64,000 nt of DNA from a virus (Duplodnaviria; Heunggongvirae; Uroviricota; Caudoviricetes), in IMG/VR virus record IMGVR_UViG_3300037455_000372, positions 203,710 through 267,709 of that record. One strand, written 5' to 3'. Numbering within the stretch: the first letter of the stretch is position 1; every line of letters starts with the position of its first letter. The position numbers were made by a program, and so were the translations under genes. The notes beneath the pieces are model-generated. The model was not told where the DNA came from. It was given only the letters and a program-made list of their open reading frames with translations, and searched no databases. Shown here piece after piece: positions 53,799 through 62,126 of this stretch.

Positions 53799-55007
53799 TT
53801 ATGCGGTCACGTCCTTGACTAGACGGATGGATGCGCCAGTGTTTAAGTTGCCGACGCCAATGATTGATACCGTAGGGGATATCCTATTTACGGTTTGTTG
53901 TGTATATGTCGTGCGAGCAACAAAGTAAGTTCCTTTATATGAGTATGCGGTTCCATCCCATTGTCTTTCACCAGAAGGAGGTAAGTTAAGTCCTAACGTA
54001 TTTGCACCTTGTGTGCCACCGTTCCACCCAGATGTTGCACACATATTTTTTAATCCATCTTGTGTCACACCTCCAGATGGAATATGCGCTTGTATAATAG
54101 TATCCCAATCTCGGTCAGTCCATATACGCCAGCCTTGTGCATATATACAATCATAGACTTCTTGTGTCGGGACGAATTCATTTGAATGATAGTAGTCAAT
54201 ATATTGGAACGATCCTAACGCACTGAATTTATACAGCATACCAAGGTCACGATTAGTGTCCTCGTCATCATTATACCAGAAGCAGTTGGTACCAACGGTT
54301 CCGAGTGGAATGTCGAGGTTTTCTGTGGTAACTAGTAGGTTTCCAATCTGTACGTACTTGAACAGGTGTCCCTTGACTTCGATTGTGTCTTTCGGTAGAG
54401 GAATCGTGATATTTGCATCGTGCTTCCAGTTATCCCACCTAGCGGTATCCTCCCCGGAAACCACGCCTTTCACCCAAGCACCGGCTGTACCGCCGGCTTC
54501 CGGCACGTTGACCGACTTGCTTTCAATGTCAAGCACGGTACCAGCAACGCTCACCGATTCGATTAGGTTGACTTCCGCGCCTGATTCGATGCCATTGAGC
54601 TTCGTTTGTTCTTCCGTGGTATACGAGGCCGTAGTAGCGTCAAGGACTGCCTTGTTCGAGTGGGAATGTGAGTTCTGCACGGATGTCGCGACATCGGAGG
54701 CGGCGATGCCAGAATCCTCCAGTTCGCCGTTAGCGTCAAGTCCAGCAAAGTTTCCAGAGGTCGCATTGGCAACCTTATCGGCCTTACCGGAAATATCCTG
54801 ATGCTCTTGCAATGCGGTATCGGCCTTTCCGAGTGACGCTTGCACGCCAGAATCCAAGTCAGACTTCGGTATTCCGTCAACCAGTTTCTGGTAGGCGGCA
54901 TCGGCTTTAGCACCTTGTTCAGCAGTAGCATAATTAGCAGACAACGCCTTGACACGGCGATATAGCTCTTGAGCACCTTCTTGTCCTACATAAATCTTAT
55001 TAGCCAT
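53799..55007 (-). CDS. Tail fibre-like protein with a C-terminal Fib_succ_major domain
   Basis: Shaft modules shared with 41468..46651; C-terminal VQIGN..ENL..G.LY..GWR..GLNLPPSG..ASIRLVKD. Confidence 0.8.
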   Translation of the reverse strand: MANKIYVGQEGAQELYRRVKALSANYATAEQGAKADAAYQKLVDGIPKSDLDSGVQASLGKADTALQEHQDISGKADKVANATSGNFAGLDANGELEDSGIAASDVATSVQNSHSHSNKAVLDATTASYTTEEQTKLNGIESGAEVNLIESVSVAGTVLDIESKSVNVPEAGGTAGAWVKGVVSGEDTARWDNWKHDANITIPLPKDTIEVKGHLFKYVQIGNLLVTTENLDIPLGTVGTNCFWYNDDEDTNRDLGMLYKFSALGSFQYIDYYHSNEFVPTQEVYDCIYAQGWRIWTDRDWDTIIQAHIPSGGVTQDGLKNMCATSGWNGGTQGANTLGLNLPPSGERQWDGTAYSYKGTYFVARTTYTQQTVNRISPTVSIIGVGNLNTGASIRLVKDVTA

Positions 55008-55845
55008 TATTCACCTCGTCATCAACGGCATCCAGCCATTCATCCATTTGTGCAACCGTACACGCATCGGTATTGTCTACGTCAGACCAGCTGCCGTCAC
55101 CTCTCAAGAACTTCGCTTGATCTCCCATAGTTCCGTGTGGAACCAGTCCAGCATCGCTGCCGGCATACACACCCGGCTTGTTCTTGATAAAATCTTCTTG
55201 TGTATCGTCATCTTGCGCCCAGTCGGACTGAACGATAGTCGGCTTGTCGGTCAAGTCATTGTAAGAACCGGTAGTGGCGACCGTAGCCAGTTCGGGCTTA
55301 TTCTTGATATAGCTAGGTGCATCGGTATCTTGTTCCGACCAATCCGACTGTTCTACTTCTGGGATAGTAATAGTTGCCCACTTGCCGTCGCCACGAAGGA
55401 ACTTAGTCTCTTCGCCAGCTTTGGGAGCGGGAACAGAGCCAGCCTTTCCGTCTACGGAATCCGTGGCACCGGCCATATCGTTGATGGTTATCAGGTAACC
55501 ATTACGTTCAGAACCGTCATCATCTGTAAAAACGCCTTCCTTGACTACAATCGGGTCTTCGCCCACTATAACCGGTTTTGCCCAATCGCGATCCAGTTCG
55601 ATAAAATAAGCCGGACGGCCTTGGACATACCCCTCGGTAATCTTCAACGCACCGTCTGTCGACTTGACAATCGTATTGTTCAGTACAAGCGTGTTTGTCG
55701 GAGGACAGCACGGACCGGGCATAAACGGCGGAGGTGGCGGAGGCGGTGGGAACGGGCGTTCCGGCCTAGGATGCGGTCTAAATGCCTTGGGAGGCGGCGG
55801 TGGAGGACAACCGCCTTGCTTCTTCGTTCCAACATCAACAGCCAT
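55000..55845 (-). CDS. Poly-Pro N-terminal fibre-like protein
   Basis: Poly-Pro tracts, two QSDW.Q.D....IKNKP units and two KFLRGDG.W units; TATAAACT at 55874-55881. Confidence 0.75.
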   Translation of the reverse strand: MAVDVGTKKQGGCPPPPPPKAFRPHPRPERPFPPPPPPPPFMPGPCCPPTNTLVLNNTIVKSTDGALKITEGYVQGRPAYFIELDRDWAKPVIVGEDPIVVKEGVFTDDDGSERNGYLITINDMAGATDSVDGKAGSVPAPKAGEETKFLRGDGKWATITIPEVEQSDWSEQDTDAPSYIKNKPELATVATTGSYNDLTDKPTIVQSDWAQDDDTQEDFIKNKPGVYAGSDAGLVPHGTMGDQAKFLRGDGSWSDVDNTDACTVAQMDEWLDAVDDEVNNG

Positions 55846-55928
55846 ACACAGACCTCAAGCGTCATTTACTTGCAGTTTATAACGGGCGCGGTATTCCTCG
55901 CCGTTATTTGTAGGCCGTAGCGGCTATT

Positions 55929-56927
55929 TTATTGCTTCGGTATTAAGCCCGTGCCGTGGCATTCCGGACACACGTTCTCGTGGTCGTCGACGCCGGTACC
56001 GCCGCATTCGGGGCAGTAGTCGCGGTCGTCAGCGGTCTCGTCGATGGTGCCGTCTTCCGGGTCGTCAAGGTCGTCCTCGCTGAAGTCGTATCCTTCGCGG
56101 TCACGATCCCAAGTGTGGGACGGAACCTTGCGGAATTCGTCGCTGTCGCCTCCGTCGCGGTTAAATTCTTCCGGACGCTCGTACTTCAGGATGATGTCCT
56201 TGATCAGCTTGTGGCGGACGATGTCTTCTACACCGAGTTCGACAAACGCGATGCGAGGAACACCTTTCAGTCTGGTCAACGCATCGACGAAACCGGAACG
56301 GACACGTTCGGGCAAGTCGCACTGGGCGGCGTCACCACAGATGACCATTTTGGACTCGCGTCCGAGACGGGTGAGCATAAGCTTCATCTGGGCTTCGGTG
56401 GTGTTCTGGAACTCGTCGCACACTATGAAGCTCTTCGCGAGCGTGGAGCCTCGAATATAGGCCAGCGGACACACCTGGATCTTCGAGTAGAAGTCGTTGT
56501 TGGAGAATGTCTCCTCCAAGTCCTTGCCTTTCTTCTTGGCACGCTTTTCCTTTCCGGTGAGGACCGGCATCTTCTTGACCTGTTCTTCCGGGGTCACGCG
56601 CCGTCCCTTGATAAGGGAAATCGCGTCATAGAGAGGCTGCATATATGGAGCAATCTTCTCGTCCAGACTTCCGGGAAGGAAGCCAAGCTCTTCGCCACCA
56701 GTCACGACTGGTCTGGTTAGAACCAACCGTTCGTAGTCGCCTCGGTCCATTCCGGCGATACCAAGCCAAGTCGCGATAGCGGTCTTGCCGGTGCCTGACG
56801 GGCCGTTTACGAAGATGATGTCGTGGGTCTTGATTGCGTGGACAAGTTCGTCCTGTCCTTGCGTCTTAGTATAGATTGGTCGGTCGTGCCGATCACGGAT
56901 AATCTCTTGGCCGCTATGCTGTATCAC
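55929..56927 (-). CDS. phoH: PhoH-family ATPase with an acidic, CxxCxGxG Zn-finger tail
   Basis: GPSGTGKT, LTRP, LGFLPG, AYIRG, DEFQN, LTRLG and DIVRH. Confidence 0.93.
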   Translation of the reverse strand: MIQHSGQEIIRDRHDRPIYTKTQGQDELVHAIKTHDIIFVNGPSGTGKTAIATWLGIAGMDRGDYERLVLTRPVVTGGEELGFLPGSLDEKIAPYMQPLYDAISLIKGRRVTPEEQVKKMPVLTGKEKRAKKKGKDLEETFSNNDFYSKIQVCPLAYIRGSTLAKSFIVCDEFQNTTEAQMKLMLTRLGRESKMVICGDAAQCDLPERVRSGFVDALTRLKGVPRIAFVELGVEDIVRHKLIKDIILKYERPEEFNRDGGDSDEFRKVPSHTWDRDREGYDFSEDDLDDPEDGTIDETADDRDYCPECGGTGVDDHENVCPECHGTGLIPKQ

Positions 56928-57024
56928 TGGCGAATCCTTGATAAGGTGGCTTCATTGCCATCCAGTATATTGTTTATACTTTCTGGCGGTTATCTTCAAC
57001 CTAAACTAGCATAAACTGGTTTGT

Positions 57025-57294
57025 ATGGCAAATATTCTGTTAGAAACCGTCGTATACCGCAAAGGACACCGCAATTCCAAGGGAGAAATTGCCGAGTGGG
57101 TTATTGTTCAGCACAATACTGGCAAGGAACTGTCCTCGCACAAGAGCAAGGGTGCCGCCGAAAGGCATCTGAAGCAGATGGAATACTACAAGCACGCCAA
57201 GCAAGAGTCCTTTGTCGGCTACCTAAACAAACAGCCGCTTACCGAGATGGTAGCGGCTGCTAAGAAGCTTTACGAAGCTATTATTGCTTCCTGA
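57025..57294 (+). CDS. Small basic hypothetical protein, probably leaderless
   Basis: TGKELSSHKSK..AERHL.QMEYYKH; CATAAACT at 57010-57017 ends 7 nt before the ATG. Confidence 0.75.
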   Translation: MANILLETVVYRKGHRNSKGEIAEWVIVQHNTGKELSSHKSKGAAERHLKQMEYYKHAKQESFVGYLNKQPLTEMVAAAKKLYEAIIAS

Positions 57295-58054
57295 TTTCTT
57301 CGGCTCTCTGTTTTGCCATCTTGTATTCAGGACGATTCAGGATGGCTTGCCAAGCCGAATAGCCGTGCTTTGCGATGAAGTCGGCAATCTTGGGCAGCGT
57401 GATCTGCTTCAAGTGGTTAGTGGCGATATTGAAGTTCTCCATCCATTCCTTGGTGTGTACCATCTCGGTAAGCGGCTTCCAAGTGGGGTCGATGACCGAC
57501 ACTACCGGCGAACCGTACATAGACTCGACCACTACATAGGATTTCATAGCGCAGTCGATAAGGGATTCGTACTGGGGAAGCTGCTTGGCCAGTTCACCCA
57601 TCTTCTCGAAGAACATATTAGCGTGTTCGACGGATTCGTGACGAGGCGAATACTGTAGGAGGTTGTCCAGATGGCGGCCTCTTGCCTCGGCATCCTTGAA
57701 CTCTGGTGACATAAGGAACTCGATAAGAGCCGCGTCGCCGTAGGAATTCATATACATCAAGAGTTCGTTGACATACATCTTGAAGTATTCGTAGTCGTTC
57801 TTGTAGGTTTCCTTGTCGAGCTGGATAAGTTTTTCATCTTCCGGAGTCTTCTTTGGCGTTACCGGTACTGGGTTACTAACCGGGTCGGTAGTCAGCGCGG
57901 TCTTTGCCTTGTTTAACAGCGACTTGATGTTGTCGGCGATGCCTTCGTTGAGAATGTAGCACTTGGCGATGCACTTCAGTGCTTCGGTGCATTCGGGCTT
58001 ATTCTTGGCGAGCTTGGCCAAGCTTTCGAGGTAAATTGCGTGTTTTGTAGCCAT
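57281..58054 (-). CDS. Hypothetical protein with two copies of the shared leader
   Basis: 257-aa ORF; TATAAACT at 58081-58088. Confidence 0.75.
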   Translation of the reverse strand: MATKHAIYLESLAKLAKNKPECTEALKCIAKCYILNEGIADNIKSLLNKAKTALTTDPVSNPVPVTPKKTPEDEKLIQLDKETYKNDYEYFKMYVNELLMYMNSYGDAALIEFLMSPEFKDAEARGRHLDNLLQYSPRHESVEHANMFFEKMGELAKQLPQYESLIDCAMKSYVVVESMYGSPVVSVIDPTWKPLTEMVHTKEWMENFNIATNHLKQITLPKIADFIAKHGYSAWQAILNRPEYKMAKQRAEEIRKQ

Positions 58055-58127
58055 AGGACATCTACAGTTGAACTAACCGTAGTTTATAAAAAACCACCAG
58101 AAGTGCCTGGTGGTCGGCTCCAATACG

Positions 58128-58958
58128 CTAATTAGAGGGTTGTTGCCATCTTATGACTTCGTCTAAGGCTTCTTGAGTGCGGCAGTCCTTGATAAGCTTC
58201 TTTATCTTGTCGCACGACATCACGTCGTTGATGATTCTTGCGCGGTCGGTCGTGTGGTTGTTCAGCTGGAGCTTGAGGCCGAACTCAACCATATCGTAAA
58301 TGGCTTGTCCCGGAACGTCCAATTCTAAGAAATCGTCACGGTCGACAATCGGGAGCGGTCTGGGCTTTCCAACCCAGCGAGCCACCTTGGGGTCGCTGAG
58401 GACATCGGAGAAAGGCCAATGCGGGGTTCCGTCTTCACCGAGCGTGGCGAGCGAGTCGGCGGTGGCCAGTCGCGCAAGCCTAGGGAAACATTCGTTGGTC
58501 ACGACATCCATCACGCGGTAGACCGAAGACGAGTCGGCTAGGTGGTGCGCGAGCATATGGTTCTCGATGATCCATTCACCGTCCCAGCGGAGCTTGGCGG
58601 TAGACACGATGCCGTCGGCGAACAGTTTGAACTTGTTAGCCCATTCGGTGAACCATTCGCGGCTGTATACGTCGTGCTTGGCCATATTCTTGCCTTTGTT
58701 GGTTTCGAGAGCCTTGCGCTTGCCCACGTCGTGGAAGACGACCATAAGCAAGTCGAACCAGTCGTGGTCAGGAATCTTCTGCATTTCCTCGAACGCGAGC
58801 TTGACGTGGTCGAGGACTCCGCCTTCGGCGTGGTAGTTGACGTGAGGGACACCGGACATCTCCGCGATGGTGTCCTTGAAGAATTCTTGGTCGTTGACGA
58901 CGGCCTCCCAAGCATTTGGGGCAAGGAGGATATTTTTAATCTTTTGTAAAGTTGTCAT
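58128..58958 (-). CDS. HD-domain phosphohydrolase (resembles the HD domain of multifunctional CCA enzymes)
   Basis: YHAEGGVLDH, FHDVGK, H..NHM..AD. Start set at the second ATG because of promoter geometry. Confidence 0.8.
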   Translation of the reverse strand: MTTLQKIKNILLAPNAWEAVVNDQEFFKDTIAEMSGVPHVNYHAEGGVLDHVKLAFEEMQKIPDHDWFDLLMVVFHDVGKRKALETNKGKNMAKHDVYSREWFTEWANKFKLFADGIVSTAKLRWDGEWIIENHMLAHHLADSSSVYRVMDVVTNECFPRLARLATADSLATLGEDGTPHWPFSDVLSDPKVARWVGKPRPLPIVDRDDFLELDVPGQAIYDMVEFGLKLQLNNHTTDRARIINDVMSCDKIKKLIKDCRTQEALDEVIRWQQPSN

Positions 58959-58964
58959 AGCCAT

Positions 58965-59025
58965 AATATAACAGTTTTAACTATATTTGTCAATACTTGG
59001 AATATAAATTTTTCATTTCTATATT
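58965..59025. promoter_or_regulatory. Divergent sigma70-type promoters
   Basis: Minus-strand TTGACA-N17-TATATT (58965-58993); plus-strand TTGGAA-N17-TATATT (58997-59025). Confidence 0.7.
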
Positions 59026-59043
59026 ATAAAACCGAGGAAAATT

Positions 59044-59451
59044 ATGCGTAATCCAGACCGTTTGAAACCCATCTACGACCACATTAAGGGCATCCACAAG
59101 GAGCATTTCCCCAAGCTGGAGTTCGGCCCGTTCATAAAGAAGTTTTTCGACTGGTATAAGCAAGACCCGTTCTATGTAGAAGATTGCTTGGTGTGCGGAC
59201 TGTTTGACAAGTTCGCCTTGGAAGCTGCTGGTACCGAAGACTCGGTTCGTCTCGATGCGTCAGGTCTCGATATGGCCTACGACTATATCTGCGATATGCA
59301 CAAGACGCATCTCCCGGACTGGCGTTTCTTCCAGCTGATGTTCAATGTATTCTCCGAGTACGGTGAAGAGCTGACAAAGTGCGACGACGTGTGTACATTG
59401 TATACCGTGTTCGACAAGTTCTTGAAGCGAGGTAACGATGGCCGGAGCTAG
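59044..59451 (+). CDS. Phage protein with an internally duplicated helical domain
   Basis: Halves YDHI..IHKEHFP..EF..FDKF and YDYI..MHKTHLPDWRF..FDKF. Confidence 0.75.
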   Translation: MRNPDRLKPIYDHIKGIHKEHFPKLEFGPFIKKFFDWYKQDPFYVEDCLVCGLFDKFALEAAGTEDSVRLDASGLDMAYDYICDMHKTHLPDWRFFQLMFNVFSEYGEELTKCDDVCTLYTVFDKFLKRGNDGRS

Positions 59452-60835
59452 ACGACTATCGATGGGAGACCTGAACGAAGACCAAGTGAAAGCCTTGGCT
59501 TCGATTAGGGACTTCCTTTCTCAGGCTGACCGCCGACAGATGGTCTTGTACGGTGCCGCCGGTACTGGCAAGACCTCCCTCATTAACGTGTTACTAGACG
59601 AGCTGGACAAAGACCCGGACTCGCCAGTCTATTATTGCACGGCTCCGACTAACAAGGCCGTCGATGTCATCGCCGAGCGCACCGGCAGAGACTTTGACCG
59701 AACAATCTATTCACTACTGGGACTTACACTTCTCGACTTCACTGACGGTCGTCCGAAGCTCAAGAAGGAGAACGAGAGCCATCTGCAAGACTATGACTTG
59801 GTTATAGTTGACGAAGCGTCTATGGTGTCTCTCGCGTTGCTGAACGAGATCCAGCGTCAGCTCCTCATCTATACTTCGATCAAGGTCATATATGTAGGAG
59901 ACCGTTGCCAGATTCCTCCGGTAGACGACGCGAACAACGGTATGCTCGAATCCATCATCTTCCAGCTCCCTTGGCAAGTCGAGCTTACGAAGGTTATGAG
60001 AACCGCAGCCGAGAACCCGATTCTCGGAGCCGTTACAGCGATGCGTGCCGATATGAAGTCCCCGGTTGACCTGTTCAAGCACGAGACAGCAGTGGCACCT
60101 GACGGAACCGGCATCTACTTCTATCCGCTGCAGCGACCGTTTATGAACAAGATGCTTGAATATTTCAAGCGCGACGAGTTCAAGGAGGATTCCAGCTACG
60201 CGATGGCGGTCGCCTACACGAACGCGGCTGTCGACGCCATCAACGAACAGGTACGCAGCGTCCTATATCCAGACTGTACTCGAACCATCGAGGTCGGCGA
60301 GGAAGTGCGCGTGGTGAAGACCTACGGCAACAACATCGTCCGTGGCCAGTCTACTTTCTTCAGCGTATTGTACAATGTGGAGGAACGGCTACGAGTCTTG
60401 GAAATCGAGGATGTCGAGGACCCGTCGTACCACATCAAGTGCTACAAGGTCAAGGTGAAGAACCTCGTTCGAAAGAAGGCGAAGCAGTCCACCGCGACGG
60501 CCTACATAATCGCTCCGGAAGGAATGAACGATTATCTGGTACAGAAGGAGAAACTGGCCGTAGAGGCTCGCGAGAAGGCCAATGCGCTGAACGCCCGTGG
60601 CCACCACATCTATACGCCGAGGGAGGCGTGGAAGGAGTATTCCGCGTTCACCAAGTTCTACTTGTGGTTCGGCTACATCTACGCTTTGACTGCCCACAAG
60701 TCGCAGGGCAGCACTATCCAAAATGTGTTCGTCGTCGAGCGCAATATCAACCGCATCCCCGAAGCCGAGTTACGAAACAAGTTGAAGTATACGGCATTCA
60801 CCAGAGCGGCCAAGGAATTGCACGTACTGAAATGA
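59438..60835 (+). CDS. SF1B DNA helicase (T4 Dda/RecD-like)
   Basis: LNEDQ, GAAGTGKT, APTNKA, VDEASM, GD..QIPPV, YALTAHKSQGST and YTAFTRA. Confidence 0.92.
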   Translation: MAGARRLSMGDLNEDQVKALASIRDFLSQADRRQMVLYGAAGTGKTSLINVLLDELDKDPDSPVYYCTAPTNKAVDVIAERTGRDFDRTIYSLLGLTLLDFTDGRPKLKKENESHLQDYDLVIVDEASMVSLALLNEIQRQLLIYTSIKVIYVGDRCQIPPVDDANNGMLESIIFQLPWQVELTKVMRTAAENPILGAVTAMRADMKSPVDLFKHETAVAPDGTGIYFYPLQRPFMNKMLEYFKRDEFKEDSSYAMAVAYTNAAVDAINEQVRSVLYPDCTRTIEVGEEVRVVKTYGNNIVRGQSTFFSVLYNVEERLRVLEIEDVEDPSYHIKCYKVKVKNLVRKKAKQSTATAYIIAPEGMNDYLVQKEKLAVEAREKANALNARGHHIYTPREAWKEYSAFTKFYLWFGYIYALTAHKSQGSTIQNVFVVERNINRIPEAELRNKLKYTAFTRAAKELHVLK

Positions 60836-60875
60836 CCTATGGATCGCAGAAATCACAAAAATGTGAAAAATACTA

Positions 60876-60904
60876 TTGACAAATCGATTTAATTGTGCTA
60901 TATT
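60876..60904 (+). promoter_or_regulatory. Strong sigma70-type promoter of the IF-3 gene
   Basis: TTGACA-N17-TATATT with a TG extension and an A-rich UP-like element. Confidence 0.8.
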
Positions 60905-60934
60905 TACCTTTGTAAATTCAAAAAGTGAGGCAAA

Positions 60935-61654
60935 ATGGCTTATATCAAGGCGAGCTTTCTCGCTATGAAAGATGAAAACGGTCGAGACCTAGGCACGATG
61001 GCTACCGGTCTCGCGAGAGATTATGCGCGTAAGAAGGGAATGGAACTTGTCGCAGTGAACGAAAACGTCGACCCGCCGATTTACACGGTAAAGCCGCGCC
61101 AGCGTTTCGTTCCCCGTGTTCAAGACGACAAGTCCCAGTATGAAGTTACCGCAGCGACCGTCCGCTGTACGGACGAGACCGGAAAGTCTCTCGGCGTCAT
61201 CTCAACTGCTGAAGCGAAGAAACTGGCCGAAGAACGCGGACTGTCTCTTATCGCCGTGAACAACAAGATTGATCCGCCGATCGGTCGCATCGGTGACTTG
61301 AACAAGTACATCTACGACCAGAAGAAGGCTCAGAAGGAAAAGGAAAAGAAGAACCGCGCCGCAGCGAAGGCTTGCGAAAAGAAGGACTTGAAGCTCACTT
61401 CCGACACGACTCCGTCCTCCCAAGCTGACCGAGACCGTATTATGAAGCAAGCGAACGATTTCTTGAAGGACGGTCACCCGGTAGACCTGACCATCCGCTT
61501 CCGTGGCCGCGAGATTTCCCACGCGGAGACTTCGATGAACCGCATCCGCGACGAAATCCTCCACGGTATCGTTGAAGGAACGGTCACTAAGGAAACCCGT
61601 AACCAGAACGGCGATACCTACACGATTAGCTGCAATCCGGTAAAGAAAAAGTAA
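60935..61654 (+). CDS. infC: Translation initiation factor IF-3 homolog with tandem N-terminal domains
   Basis: Two DE.G..LG....A...A...G..L..V....DPP units, KYIYDQKK linker, FL..G..V....RFRGRE C-domain. Confidence 0.88.
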   Translation: MAYIKASFLAMKDENGRDLGTMATGLARDYARKKGMELVAVNENVDPPIYTVKPRQRFVPRVQDDKSQYEVTAATVRCTDETGKSLGVISTAEAKKLAEERGLSLIAVNNKIDPPIGRIGDLNKYIYDQKKAQKEKEKKNRAAAKACEKKDLKLTSDTTPSSQADRDRIMKQANDFLKDGHPVDLTIRFRGREISHAETSMNRIRDEILHGIVEGTVTKETRNQNGDTYTISCNPVKKK

Positions 61655-61673
61655 TTCTGTTAGAGAGACGAGC

Positions 61674-61705
61674 AAGAAGGCTGGGCTTTGCCCAGCCTTT
61701 CTTTT
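61674..61705. terminator. Bidirectional terminator
   Basis: AAGGCTGGGC-ttt-GCCCAGCCTT followed by T residues. Confidence 0.8.
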
Positions 61706-62045
61706 AAAGCATAGCGATTTCGGCTCGCATAACGTCATCTTCTTCTTCGTCGTAGATGGCGTCGATGCCTTCTTCGACACTGTCGGTTGCGTTCCAAGCC
61801 TTCACGAAGGTGGAATAGTGGTCGTCGACCCAGTCCCAGAACGATTCGAGGTCGTCGCCCCATCCGTATTTCTGCTTGGCATACGCGTAACCGGTCTGTG
61901 CCACGTAAGGAGATGCGCGGTGTTTCTTGCCTTCGGCCTCGCACATAGCGTCGAAACCTTTCTGGAGGGGTGCAACCGCTTCGGCGCAGCCGACCTTGGT
62001 GCAAACCTGTTCAATGAAATTCTTGAAAATCTGGGTCTGGTTCAT
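61704..62045 (-). CDS. Hypothetical protein with the shared N-terminal leader
   Basis: 113-aa ORF; TATAAACT at 62070-62077. Confidence 0.75.
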   Translation of the reverse strand: MNQTQIFKNFIEQVCTKVGCAEAVAPLQKGFDAMCEAEGKKHRASPYVAQTGYAYAKQKYGWGDDLESFWDWVDDHYSTFVKAWNATDSVEEGIDAIYDEEEDDVMRAEIAML

Positions 62046-62126
62046 ACTGATTACCGGTTATTTCCTACCAGTTTATAAAAAGGAGCCGGATTACTCCGAC
62101 TCCCTACTCTCTATGACCAGATTCGA

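Noticed and set aside
52482-55007. Complete diversity-generating retroelement
   Set aside because: No reverse transcriptase or template repeat in the window, and the two Fib_succ_major 3' ends are not near-identical.
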